64,000 bases of DNA from Luteimonas sp. Lineage in GTDB: Bacteria; Pseudomonadota; Gammaproteobacteria; Xanthomonadales; Xanthomonadaceae. Positions 8,932 to 18,415 of this stretch are shown piece by piece. The notes below the pieces were generated by a model. That model saw only the letters and a list, made by a program, of their open reading frames with translations. It had not been told where the DNA came from and did no database searches. The stretch lies in NCBI GenBank assembly GCA_036515815.1, contig DATBUS010000090.1, positions 472-64,471 on the forward strand, in the 5' to 3' direction. The position numbers and the translations under genes are program-made. Within the stretch, counting starts at the first letter, position 1; every line of letters starts with the position of its first letter.

Positions 8932-9519
8932 ATGGACTGGAACGAATTGCGCAACCAGTGGCGCGCCGGCGCGCCCGCGGCTCCCCTGATGGCGGTGGAC
9001 GAGCTGCGCACGCGCGACGCCTCGCTATGGAAGAAGGTGCGGCGTCGCGACCTGGTCGAAACCACCGCCGCTGTGATCGTGGCCGTGTTCTTCGCGCTGT
9101 CGACGCTCGGTACCCTGGTCGAGCGCGCGTGGCTGCAGGCAGCGTTCTCGCTGCTGATTACCGCCTGGGCCGTGTGCCTGCCGTTCCAGCTGCGGCGCGC
9201 GCGGCGCTCGGCCACGATGGATGGCCACGGGGCCTCGCTGCTCGAATACCTGCGTCGCCAGCGCGATGCGGCCCTGGTGCAGGCCCGCATGCTGGAGCGC
9301 ATCTGGCTGTGGTACCTGGCGCCACCCGCGATCGGCCTGGTCGGGCTCACGCTCGCCCGCGACGGAGCCACGATGGCGTCGTTGCGCTACATCGGTGTGC
9401 TGATGCTGCTGTATGCCGGTATCGCCTGGCTCAACCGGTACACGGCGCGCACCCGGTTCCGGGCACATGCCGACACGCTGCAGCGGCAGATCGACGCCCT
9501 CGAGGGCGGGCCCGGTTGA
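8932..9519 (+). CDS. Four-TM membrane protein, probable anti-sigma factor
   Basis: Starts 1 nt after the ECF stop; short cytoplasmic N-terminus MDWNELRNQW followed by four hydrophobic helices. Confidence 0.7.
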   Translation: MDWNELRNQWRAGAPAAPLMAVDELRTRDASLWKKVRRRDLVETTAAVIVAVFFALSTLGTLVERAWLQAAFSLLITAWAVCLPFQLRRARRSATMDGHGASLLEYLRRQRDAALVQARMLERIWLWYLAPPAIGLVGLTLARDGATMASLRYIGVLMLLYAGIAWLNRYTARTRFRAHADTLQRQIDALEGGPG

Positions 9520-9583
9520 GCCGGTCCAGGCCGCGGGCCGCACCCGTCCCGGCACATGCACATTCCGATACGAGGAGAACCCC

Positions 9584-11236
9584 ATGGGCACCAGACGCAC
9601 GTTGATCACCCCGCTGCTTGCTGCCGTGGCCATGGCCACGACCTGCAATGTCCATGCTGCCGATGACAACGCCCTGGCCGCTGTCGTCGACAAGCGGCTC
9701 GCCGGTGACCGGACCGGCGCCTGCATGGCCGTCGCGGTTGTCGAGAAGGACGGCGTGGCACGCGCCTTCCGCTGCGCGGATCCCGCGCAGGCCGCGCGCA
9801 TCGGGCCCGACCGCGCGTTCGAGATCGGATCAGTCGCCAAGACCATGACCTCGATCCTGCTGGCGGACCTCATCGTGCAGGGCGAGGGCTCGCTCGATGA
9901 TCCGCTGTCGGCCTGGCTCCCCGCCGGTACCGTGGTGCCTGAGTTCGAGGGCCAGCCGATCCTGCTGCGCCACGTGGTCACGCATACCAGTGGACTTCCG
10001 GCGCTGCCATCGCGGATGCCGATGCCGAACCCGGCGGATCCCTATGCCGCGCTGACGGTCGAAGACCTTCTGGCGTCGCTCGACGACGTGCAGCTGGCAT
10101 ACGCGCCGGGCGCGCGGTTCGCGTATTCCAACTTCGCATCGATGCTGCTGTCGTATGCGGTGGCGGAACGTGCCGGCGTGGACTTCGAACAGTTGCTGCG
10201 CGAACGGCTGCTCGAGCCGCTGGGCATGGACGGCGCATACATCGCGAAACGTCCCGACGGCGTGCGCGCGGCTGGCGGCCACGCCCCCAACGGCCTGCCG
10301 ACGCCGGCGTGGGCCCTGCCGCCCGCGATGGCCGGCGCCGGGGGCGTACGCGCCACGCTCGACGACATGGTGCGTTACGTGCAGGCCAACCTGGATCCGG
10401 CCAGCTCGCCGTTGCAGGCTGCGATCGAACTCGCACAGCGGCCGCTCGGTGGTGAGCCGCCGATGGCGATGAACTGGATGCTGATGCCGGTGGCCGGCCG
10501 CATCGTGCTGGCGCACGAAGGCGGTACGGGCGGCTTCTCGTCGTTCGTGTCGGTCGACCCGGAGGCGGGGCGCGGTGTCGTGGTCCTGTCCGATACCAGC
10601 TGGAATGCCATCGGCGGGCTCGGCAGTCTTGCCCTGCACCTGGTGGATCCGTCGCTGCCGCTGGGTGCGCCGCGGGTGACCGCCACGCCGCCACAGGCAC
10701 TGCTCGACGGGCTGGTCGGGGACTACCAGCTGCAGGGCATGATGAAGATCAGCCTGCGCCAACAGGATGGCCGGCTGTTCGCGCAGGCCGAAGGACAGCC
10801 CGGGTTCGAGCTGGCCTACGATAGCGCCGGCGACTTCCATCCGCTGGCGGTGGATGCGCTGCTTCGCCCGCAGCAGAAGGCCGACGGCGGCCATGCCTTC
10901 ACCTGGATGCAGAACGGTGGCGTGGTGCCGGCGACCAGGCTGGAGGAGGGTGGCGCCACGCCACCGCGGCCCGCGCTGTCGGGCGCCGAGCTGGCGGCCT
11001 ATGCCGGCGAGTACACGCTGATGCCCGGCTTCGTGCTGACCGTGCGCGATCGCGATGGCGCATTGTTCGCACAGGCCACCGGGCAGGGCGAGTTCCCGCT
11101 CCAGGCGGCGGCCGCCGACCGTTTCGAGGCGCCGGCCTTCGGGATCGAAATCGTGTTCCTGCGCGACGGGGAGGGCGGCGTGGCTTCGCTGGAGCTGCAC
11201 CAGGGCGGCCAGGTGCTGCGCGGCGAGCGCCAGTGA
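9584..11236 (+). CDS. Exported serine hydrolase (class C beta-lactamase/PBP-like family) with two C-terminal DUF3471-like repeats
   Basis: SxxK (GSVAKT), YxN (YSN), HxG (HEGGTGG); signal peptide; two ~90-aa repeats (GDYQL...FAQAEGQ and GEYTL...FAQATGQ); SD GAGGAG. Confidence 0.9.
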   Translation: MGTRRTLITPLLAAVAMATTCNVHAADDNALAAVVDKRLAGDRTGACMAVAVVEKDGVARAFRCADPAQAARIGPDRAFEIGSVAKTMTSILLADLIVQGEGSLDDPLSAWLPAGTVVPEFEGQPILLRHVVTHTSGLPALPSRMPMPNPADPYAALTVEDLLASLDDVQLAYAPGARFAYSNFASMLLSYAVAERAGVDFEQLLRERLLEPLGMDGAYIAKRPDGVRAAGGHAPNGLPTPAWALPPAMAGAGGVRATLDDMVRYVQANLDPASSPLQAAIELAQRPLGGEPPMAMNWMLMPVAGRIVLAHEGGTGGFSSFVSVDPEAGRGVVVLSDTSWNAIGGLGSLALHLVDPSLPLGAPRVTATPPQALLDGLVGDYQLQGMMKISLRQQDGRLFAQAEGQPGFELAYDSAGDFHPLAVDALLRPQQKADGGHAFTWMQNGGVVPATRLEEGGATPPRPALSGAELAAYAGEYTLMPGFVLTVRDRDGALFAQATGQGEFPLQAAAADRFEAPAFGIEIVFLRDGEGGVASLELHQGGQVLRGERQ

Positions 11237-11285
11237 ATCCGTGCTGCTCCGGCGGGGTCCCCGCAGACGCCCTTAGAATGGGGCC

Positions 11286-12548
11286 ATGAACCAGACCGAC
11301 ATCTCCGCCATCGGCACCCCCGGAACGCCCTGGGGTGCCGCCGAAAAGACCGCCTGGCGCGCGCGCCAGCGCCCGCAGCGCAGCTATCGCGACGACGTCG
11401 TGGCCGCCATCGACGCACTGCGCGACCGCTTCGATGTCGTCCAGTACGGCGAACTCGACTACGGCGCCGACGGCCGCTACCCGCTGTTCGCATTGCGCAG
11501 CCGCGGCTGGGACGACGCCCTGCCGGTAGCGCTCGTCACCGGTGGCGTGCACGGCTACGAGACCAGCGGCGTGCACGGCGCGCTGCAGTTCGCCCGCGAG
11601 GACGCGTCCGCGTACACCGGTCGCGCCAACCTGCTGATCGCGCCCTGTGTCAGTCCCTGGGGCTACGAGCGCTTCCAGCGATGGAACCCGGACGCGGTCG
11701 ATCCCAACCGGTCCTTCCGGCCCGACAGTCCGGCCGGCGAGTCCGCGGCGCTCATGGGCCTGGTGGCGCCGCTCCGCGGCCGCGTGCTGGTCCACATCGA
11801 CCTGCACGAAACCACCGACAGCGACGAGAGCGAGTTCCGCCCCGCCCTCGCCGCGCGCGACGGCAAGCCTTTCGTGCCCGGCACCATTCCGGATGGCTTC
11901 TACCTGGTGGATGACAGCCGCAATCCGCGGCCGGCCTTCCAGAAGGCGATCATCGACGCGGTGGCGCGCGTGACCCATATCGCGCCGCCGGACGCGGATG
12001 GCACGCTGATCGGGTCGCCGGTGGTGGCGCCGGGCGTGATCGAGTACGACGTCGCACCGCTGGGCCTGTGCGCAAGCGTCTCGGGCGCGCGCTTCACCAC
12101 CACCACCGAGGTCTATCCCGACAGCCCGCGGGCCACGCCGGAACAGTGCAACCTCGCCCAGGCGGTGGCCGTGCGCGCCGCGCTCGACTTCGCGCTGGCG
12201 CAGCACATCACCCGGATCGATGCCGGCCCGCGCATGTCGGAAGCCGTGATCCACGGCGGCATCGTCCATCTGGCCGGCCAGGTGCCGGAAACCAGCGGCG
12301 CCGACATCGAAGTGCAGACGCGCGAAGTGCTCGAGGCCGTCGACGCGCTGCTGGAACAGGCCGGGACCGACCGGACCCGCGTGCTGCGCGCACAGGTCTA
12401 CCTCGCCGACCTCGCCGACTTCGAGGGCATGAACCGCGCGTGGGATGCATGGGTGGTGCCGGGCCAGGCGCCCGCGCGCGCCACCGTGGAAGCGCGCCTG
12501 GCCGATCCGGGCTGGAAGGTGGAAATCGTGGTGACCGCCGCACTCTGA
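11286..12548 (+). CDS. M14 zinc metallopeptidase fused in-frame to a RidA/YoaB (Rid2-like) domain
   Basis: M14 motifs GGVHGYE, DPNR, DLHE, TTEVY, then ITRIDAGPRMSEAVIHGG...AGQV...MNRAWDAW...PARATVEARLADPGWKVEI with no intervening stop. Confidence 0.85.
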   Translation: MNQTDISAIGTPGTPWGAAEKTAWRARQRPQRSYRDDVVAAIDALRDRFDVVQYGELDYGADGRYPLFALRSRGWDDALPVALVTGGVHGYETSGVHGALQFAREDASAYTGRANLLIAPCVSPWGYERFQRWNPDAVDPNRSFRPDSPAGESAALMGLVAPLRGRVLVHIDLHETTDSDESEFRPALAARDGKPFVPGTIPDGFYLVDDSRNPRPAFQKAIIDAVARVTHIAPPDADGTLIGSPVVAPGVIEYDVAPLGLCASVSGARFTTTTEVYPDSPRATPEQCNLAQAVAVRAALDFALAQHITRIDAGPRMSEAVIHGGIVHLAGQVPETSGADIEVQTREVLEAVDALLEQAGTDRTRVLRAQVYLADLADFEGMNRAWDAWVVPGQAPARATVEARLADPGWKVEIVVTAAL

Positions 12549-12602
12549 GCGCGGCGGTTACGTGCCGGCGCACCGCAATCGGGCGCCGGCACGCCACGCG
12601 GC

Positions 12603-13880
12603 TCAGCGCAAGGCGGGCAGCAGGGCCTGGCTGTCGCCGTCGTGGTCCCCGGCCGGGATACCGAGCAACCGCGTCATCAGCGGATATACGTCGACATTGT
12701 CGATCGGGTCGATCACCGCGCCCTGGCGAAAGGCCGGGCCCGTGGCGATGAACACCGCGCGCATGGAGGGCAGGGCGGGGTCGTAGCCGTGCGAGCCGCG
12801 CGTGCCGCCGCCCGCACGCGCTTCAAGCATGCGCGGCAGCACCGCGTCCCAACCCTCGTCCATCTGGCACACGATGGCTGGGATGCGCGGATGCGTGCCG
12901 TAGTGCCAGCGTGCCGGCAGGTCTTCGCGGCGCCAGCATTCGTGGTGCGCGTGGCGACCGACAAGGCGTGCTTCCACTGTGGCCTCGAAGCCCGGATTCG
13001 GCTGCACCTGGATCACCTGGCCGATGCTGGTGATGCGTGCCTCCTCCATCGTGACCATGTCGCTGACCGACACCTGGTTGCCCGGCGGCACCGGCGCCAT
13101 GCCGTGGTCGGAGACCACGATGATGTTGGTGTGCTGCAGGCGGCCGCCTTCTTTCAGGCGTGCCAGCAGGCGGCCGACGGCGGCATCGGTTTCGGCCAGC
13201 GCCGCACGCGCCTGGTCCGAATCCGGCCCGTACGTGTGCGCGGCGGTGTCCACGGCGTGGAAGTACAGCGTGGCCAGGCGCGGCCGCGTGGCCTCGGGTT
13301 CCAGCAGCCAGCCGGCCACGGTCTCCGCGCGCTCGGCGGCGGGCACGGTTTCCTCGTACTCGTGCCAGCGCGTGGGGCGGACACCCGCGATCTCGGCTTC
13401 GGAGCCCGGCCAGAACATCGTGGCGGTGGGCAGGCCGGCCTTCTCCGCAGCCACCCAGATCGGGACCCCGCCCCACCAGTCGCTGGTGCCCACGGCGTCG
13501 CGGTCGGACAGGCGGAAGGTGCCCAGCGCCTCGTCGTGCATCGAGTTGTGGACGATGCCGTGGCGGTCCGGACGCAGGCCGGTGGCGATGGTGTAGTGGT
13601 TCGGGAAGGTAAGGCTGGGGTAGGAGGGCGTCATCCAGCGGGCCTGCACGCCGGTGCTGGCGAGGCGGGCGAGGTTGGGTGCGTCGGCGGGGCTGATCCG
13701 GTCCGGGTGGAGGCCGTCGACGGAGATCAGGAGGACGGGATCCGACGACTGCGGGGAGGAGGTCGCTGGCGCAACGCTCCTTGCAGGGGCGCGGCCGGGG
13801 CCGGCGCTGCAGGCGGCGAGGATGAGGGTGGTGGCGAGGACTGCGGCGAGCGGGGCCGTGCGAAGTGCGAATGAGTGCAT
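12603..13880 (-). CDS. Ectonucleotide pyrophosphatase/phosphodiesterase (alkaline phosphatase superfamily) lipoprotein
   Basis: ISVDGL, SLTFPNH (catalytic Thr), SDHGM, GSHGYD; lipobox LAAC. Confidence 0.92.
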   Translation of the reverse strand: MHSFALRTAPLAAVLATTLILAACSAGPGRAPARSVAPATSSPQSSDPVLLISVDGLHPDRISPADAPNLARLASTGVQARWMTPSYPSLTFPNHYTIATGLRPDRHGIVHNSMHDEALGTFRLSDRDAVGTSDWWGGVPIWVAAEKAGLPTATMFWPGSEAEIAGVRPTRWHEYEETVPAAERAETVAGWLLEPEATRPRLATLYFHAVDTAAHTYGPDSDQARAALAETDAAVGRLLARLKEGGRLQHTNIIVVSDHGMAPVPPGNQVSVSDMVTMEEARITSIGQVIQVQPNPGFEATVEARLVGRHAHHECWRREDLPARWHYGTHPRIPAIVCQMDEGWDAVLPRMLEARAGGGTRGSHGYDPALPSMRAVFIATGPAFRQGAVIDPIDNVDVYPLMTRLLGIPAGDHDGDSQALLPALR

Positions 13881-14150
13881 GCGGTCATCATAAGGCGCGC
13901 CCATGACAGCTTCGACGGACAACGCCATTCCGAAAGCACTGTCGGAATTTTCCTTTCTCTGTTCGAAGTCACACAAATGCGCCGGAATCCATATTGAACC
14001 GTGCCCGGTCCGCGGTTAGCGTTCAGTCGTGGCGCGAGGGGAGCATCGCGCAGGCCGCGCAGGAAGGCGGCAACCGGGTACCACGGCCGAGGACAAGGAT
14101 CGTTCCGGCCTCTTCCATTCAACGTTGGAATACACGCCAGGGAGGGTGGC

Positions 14151-14567
14151 ATGGGCAGGAAGCCCGCAAGTTTCGCCAGCATGGCGATCGCGGCAGCGCT
14201 GATGGCGGCCTGCATTGGCTGCGCGGGTCGCGAGGCCCGCGATTTTGGCGGGCGCTGGACGCCCGCGAACCGGTATGCGTCGGCGGCAGAGGCCATCCCG
14301 CTGAGCGGCGTCTACGTGTACCAGCCCTCCCCGATGGACGGGACGTTGCGCGGTCTGCTCGCGCGCTGGGCGCGCGACGGCGGCCATGAACTCGACTACC
14401 GGCACACGTCCGATTTCACCTTGCACGAGCCGGTCCGGGACGTGCGCGCGGGCAGCCTGCCCGAGGCGCTGGCCCAGCTTGAGCGTGCGTTCGACGGGCA
14501 GGGGCTCCTGTTGCGGCTCAACGGGAACAGGATGGTGGTGGCTGCAAGGAATGCGGCCGGCGGCTGA
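14151..14567 (+). CDS. virB7: X-T4SS VirB7 lipoprotein with C-terminal N0 domain
   Basis: Lipobox IGC, DFGGRWTPANRY, PMDGTLRGLLARWARD...DFTL; large VirB7 typical of Xanthomonadales T4SS; first gene of the virB run. Confidence 0.85.
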   Translation: MGRKPASFASMAIAAALMAACIGCAGREARDFGGRWTPANRYASAAEAIPLSGVYVYQPSPMDGTLRGLLARWARDGGHELDYRHTSDFTLHEPVRDVRAGSLPEALAQLERAFDGQGLLLRLNGNRMVVAARNAAGG

Positions 14568-14608
14568 GCATCGCGCGCTGGGCGCGACGACATTGCACGG
14601 ATTGCAGA

Positions 14609-15454
14609 ATGTTCAAGCAGGAGCAGCCGGCGACCAGGGATGCGGTCGCCCGCGCGGTGAACTACGAAGCCAGCATCGCGGACCTCTCGCGTCGTAGCGA
14701 GCGCCGTGCGTGGTGGGTTGCGAACGTCGCTTCGCTGCTCGCCCTCCTGCTTGGCGCGGGCTACCTCAAGGTGATGCCGCTGAAGGAGCGGGTGCCCTTC
14801 CTGGTGATGGCCGATGCGGCCAGTGGCAATGCCACCGTGGCGAGGCTGGACGAGGACTTCCGGCACCGCAGCATCAGCGCCAGTGAGGCGATCGCGCGTG
14901 CGAACGTGGCGAACTTCATCAGCCTGCGCGAATCCTATGACGTGGCCATGATGAACCTGCGTGACTGGCGGGCTGTGCATGCCATGTCCGCTACCGAGGT
15001 CGGGAGGGAGTACGCGGCGGTACATGCAGCCAGCAATGCGGCGAGTCCCTTCAACACCTACGGGCGCAGCCGCGCGATCAGGGTTCGGATCCTGAGCATC
15101 CAGCTGACCGAGGCCGCCGACGGGACGCCGAATGGAGCCACCGTCCGTTTCCAGCGCAGCGTGTATGACAAGACCACCGGCGCCACGCGTCCGCTGGACA
15201 GCCGCATTGCGACCCTTGGCTTCACCTACAACCTGGCATTGCGGATGGACGAGCCCGACAGGCTCGAGAATCCGCTTGGTTTCCAGGTCACCAGTTACCG
15301 GGTCGATGCCGACTACGCGCCGGTACCACCGGTCGAGAGCGAACCCGCGATCTTCGAGGCGGACGAGGGCGCCGCCCGGGCATCGGTCACGGACTCCCCG
15401 CCCGCATATCCCGCAACCGCCGATACCCTGGCGGAAGGAGTGGTCGCGCCATGA
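14609..15454 (+). CDS. virB8: T4SS VirB8 with Pro/acidic C-terminal extension
   Basis: Single TM; PLKERVPFLV; RESYD; VRFQR; NPLGFQVTSYRVD. Confidence 0.95.
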   Translation: MFKQEQPATRDAVARAVNYEASIADLSRRSERRAWWVANVASLLALLLGAGYLKVMPLKERVPFLVMADAASGNATVARLDEDFRHRSISASEAIARANVANFISLRESYDVAMMNLRDWRAVHAMSATEVGREYAAVHAASNAASPFNTYGRSRAIRVRILSIQLTEAADGTPNGATVRFQRSVYDKTTGATRPLDSRIATLGFTYNLALRMDEPDRLENPLGFQVTSYRVDADYAPVPPVESEPAIFEADEGAARASVTDSPPAYPATADTLAEGVVAP

Positions 15455-16230
15455 GGAAGGCACTCGGCCCGATCCTGCTGTGCCTTGGAATCATCACGGT
15501 TGCGGCGCAGCCCGCTGCTGCGCAGCCGGGCGGCCTGCCGCCCCAGGTGGACGTGTTCGACTACGAGCCCGACCGCATCTACCAGATCCGCACAGCCCTG
15601 GGCATCACCACGCGGATCGAGCTCGATCCTGCCGAGGAGATCCTGGATTTCAGTACGGGTTTCAGCAGCGGCTGGGACCTGACCCGGCGCGGCAATGCGT
15701 TCTACCTGCGCCCGCGGGATGCCGACGTGGACACCAATATGCTGGTAAGAACACAGGCGCACTCCTACATCTTCGAACTGAAGGTGGTGGCGGCAGACTG
15801 GACCAGCCTCGAGCAGGTGCGGCGCGCAGGCGTGCAGTACCGGGTCGGTTTCCGCTATCCGGCGGACGCGGCCTTCTCCAGGGCCGAGACCGACACCGAC
15901 ACGGGTGCAACATCGGGCCAGAGCACCGCGCTGGACCGCGACCGCACCTACCACTTCGACTACGAAGTGGCGGCGCGCAAGGCTCCGCCCTGGCTCGTAC
16001 CCATGCACGTGTATGACGACGGGCGTTTCACTTACCTGCGCATGGGCAGCCAGGCGTCCCTTCCGACAGGAACGTTTCCCGCGGTGTTCGGGCGCCGGAG
16101 CCGGCATGGCGACGAATTCGTCGTCAACACCACGGTGGAGGGCGATGTACTGGTGGTGCACGGCACGTATCCCTTCCTGGTCGTCCGGCACGGGCGGGAT
16201 GTGGTTGGCCTCAGGAGGAACGCGCGATGA
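15451..16230 (+). CDS. virB9: T4SS VirB9 outer-membrane core protein
   Basis: Signal peptide; YEPDRIY, TNMLVRT, YHFDY, VYDDGRFTY, VVRHGRDVVGL. 4-nt overlap with virB8. Confidence 0.95.
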   Translation: MRKALGPILLCLGIITVAAQPAAAQPGGLPPQVDVFDYEPDRIYQIRTALGITTRIELDPAEEILDFSTGFSSGWDLTRRGNAFYLRPRDADVDTNMLVRTQAHSYIFELKVVAADWTSLEQVRRAGVQYRVGFRYPADAAFSRAETDTDTGATSGQSTALDRDRTYHFDYEVAARKAPPWLVPMHVYDDGRFTYLRMGSQASLPTGTFPAVFGRRSRHGDEFVVNTTVEGDVLVVHGTYPFLVVRHGRDVVGLRRNAR

Positions 16231-17369
16231 ACGGTGCCGGCAGGCAGGATGTCGGCGCCAACGGCGCCGGGCACTACGCGGCACACCAGGCGGCTCCCGA
16301 GCTCGATGCGGGCGCGCCTGTACTGCGCGCGGAGGACGTCCACCGACTCAACCGGAAGGCCCTCTTGTTCCTTGCCGGAATCGTGCTGCTCCTGGTGGCA
16401 GCAATCGTCGGCATGCTTCGGGCAGTGGGCGGAGACGGCGGTGCCGGGTCGCCACCCCGCGCCCAGGACCTGGTGATTCCGGAACTGCCCAGGACGTCCA
16501 TGCGGCCGACATCGCCCTCGCCAGTGCCCGCCGCTCCGGTGCCCATCGTGCCCCTGCCATCCGTGCCCGTCCCCGTGCACGGGGTTCCGAGGGTCGGCCC
16601 CGTGCTGCCTCCGCCGCAACATCCGACCGGCCCGAGCCTGCGGGATCGTCGCAGTGCGAGCGCCGAATCCGCCCAGCCGACCGACCCGTACATGCAGGCG
16701 ATGCTCGCAGGGTTGCCGGGCGTGCAAGCGCAGGACGGGCCGGCGCCCGCAACGATCGACGCCACCGCGGCCCGGCCCATCGCGCGGCCCGATACCCTGC
16801 TCGTGCGTGGAACCTATATCCGCTGCGTGCTCGAAACACGCATCGTCACCGACATCCCGGGCTTTACGTCCTGCGTCGTGACCGAGCCCGTGTACTCGAT
16901 CAATGGCAGGCGGCTCCTGCTGCCGAAGGGCTCAAAGGTACTCGGACGGTACGAGGCCGAGCCACGGGGCCCGCGCGTGGCCGTGGTCTGGGACCGCATC
17001 ACCACGCCCAACGGAATCGACATCGGCATGGCGAGCCCTGGCGTCGACGGCCTGGGTGGTGCTGGCCACCCGGGTCACTACAGCGCGCATTGGGGTTCCA
17101 GGATCGGATCGGCGCTCCTGGTGAGCCTGGTCAGCGATGCATTCAAGTACGCCGCGGCCGAGGAGGGCCCCCCGGGTGCTGTCATCGGAGAGGGTGGGAT
17201 CGTGGTGCACTCGCCGTATGAGAGCACGACGGCCCGGACGCTGGAGCGGCTTGCGCACCAGGCACTGGATAATCGCCGCCCACCCACCGTCACCATCCAC
17301 CAGGGCAGCCTGCTCAATGTGTATGTCGCGCGCGATGTCGACTTCACCGCGGTGGTAGCGCAGCTATGA
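16227..17369 (+). CDS. virB10: T4SS VirB10
   Basis: N-terminal APELDAGAP motif, TM helix, Pro-rich linker, GTYIRCVLET, VVWDR, SPGVDGLGGAG, YVARDVDF. Confidence 0.95.
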   Translation: MNGAGRQDVGANGAGHYAAHQAAPELDAGAPVLRAEDVHRLNRKALLFLAGIVLLLVAAIVGMLRAVGGDGGAGSPPRAQDLVIPELPRTSMRPTSPSPVPAAPVPIVPLPSVPVPVHGVPRVGPVLPPPQHPTGPSLRDRRSASAESAQPTDPYMQAMLAGLPGVQAQDGPAPATIDATAARPIARPDTLLVRGTYIRCVLETRIVTDIPGFTSCVVTEPVYSINGRRLLLPKGSKVLGRYEAEPRGPRVAVVWDRITTPNGIDIGMASPGVDGLGGAGHPGHYSAHWGSRIGSALLVSLVSDAFKYAAAEEGPPGAVIGEGGIVVHSPYESTTARTLERLAHQALDNRRPPTVTIHQGSLLNVYVARDVDFTAVVAQL

Positions 17370-18415
17370 GTGGGACCCGCGCAGACAAGGGCTCGGTCGG
17401 GGCAGGAGACGCATTCCTGGACTACCAGTACCGGGTGCTTGGCATAGACACCTATCTCGATTCGCCTGACGTCACCGAGATCTGCATCAATCGTCCGGGC
17501 GAGGTGTGGCTGGAGCGGTCCGGCGGGTGGCAGCGGGTCGATGTGCCAGGCTTGAGCTTTGACCGCGCACGCCAGTTCTGCACGGCCGTCGTCAACGAAA
17601 GCAACACTGGACAGCGCATCACCGATGCGGAGCCGGTGGTGTCGCTTACGTTTCCGACCGGCCAGCGAGCCCAATTCGTGATTCCGCCAGCCTGCGAGGC
17701 CGGCGCAGTCTCGATCACCATCCGGTTGCCGTCGCGCCAGACCCGCCGGCTGGACGACTACGAAGCGGAAGGGTTCTTCGCATTGATCCAGGGCGGCTCC
17801 CGCCAGGATCCGCATGACGAAGAGCTGCGGGCGCTTTATGCGGGGGGCAGGCATGCGGAGCTCTTCCGCCGCGCCGTGCAGCTCAGGCGGAACATCGTCG
17901 TGTCCGGTGCAACCGGCAGCGGCAAGACGACCTTCATGAAGGCGCTGGTGGAGCACATCCCGCCCGAAGAGCGGCTGGTGACGATCGAGGACGCGCGCGA
18001 ACTCTTCATCAGCCAGCCCAACGTCGTGCACCTGCTGTACTCCAAGGGTGGGCAGGGGGTGGCGAAAGTCACGGCCAAGTCGTGCATGGAGGCCTGCCTG
18101 CGGATGAAGCCCGACAGGATCATCCTCGCCGAGCTGCGCGGAGACGAAGCCTTCTATTTCATTCGCAACTGTGCCTCCGGCCACCCGGGCTCGATCACGA
18201 GCTGCCATGCCGGAAGTACGTCGCAGACCTGGGACCAGCTCGCGCTCATGGTGAAAGCCTCCGACGAGGGTGCAGGACTCGAGTTCGGGACGATCCGCCG
18301 GCTCTTGGCGACGACCATCGACCTCATCGTTCACGTCAGCGCGCACGGTGGACGACGACGCATCACCGGGCTGGAGTTCGGTGGCGTGGCGGCGGCGCAG
18401 GAGGAGGGAACATGA
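17366..18415 (+). CDS. virB11: T4SS ATPase VirB11
   Basis: Walker A GATGSGKTT, TIEDARE, LRMKPDRIILAELRG, GHPGSITSCHA. Confidence 0.97.
   Translation: MSGTRADKGSVGAGDAFLDYQYRVLGIDTYLDSPDVTEICINRPGEVWLERSGGWQRVDVPGLSFDRARQFCTAVVNESNTGQRITDAEPVVSLTFPTGQRAQFVIPPACEAGAVSITIRLPSRQTRRLDDYEAEGFFALIQGGSRQDPHDEELRALYAGGRHAELFRRAVQLRRNIVVSGATGSGKTTFMKALVEHIPPEERLVTIEDARELFISQPNVVHLLYSKGGQGVAKVTAKSCMEACLRMKPDRIILAELRGDEAFYFIRNCASGHPGSITSCHAGSTSQTWDQLALMVKASDEGAGLEFGTIRRLLATTIDLIVHVSAHGGRRRITGLEFGGVAAAQEEGT

Noticed and set aside
9584-11236. Bona fide AmpC beta-lactamase resistance gene
   Set aside because: The motifs are shared by the whole serine-hydrolase family; the HxG triad and C-terminal repeats differ from AmpC, so activity cannot be claimed.
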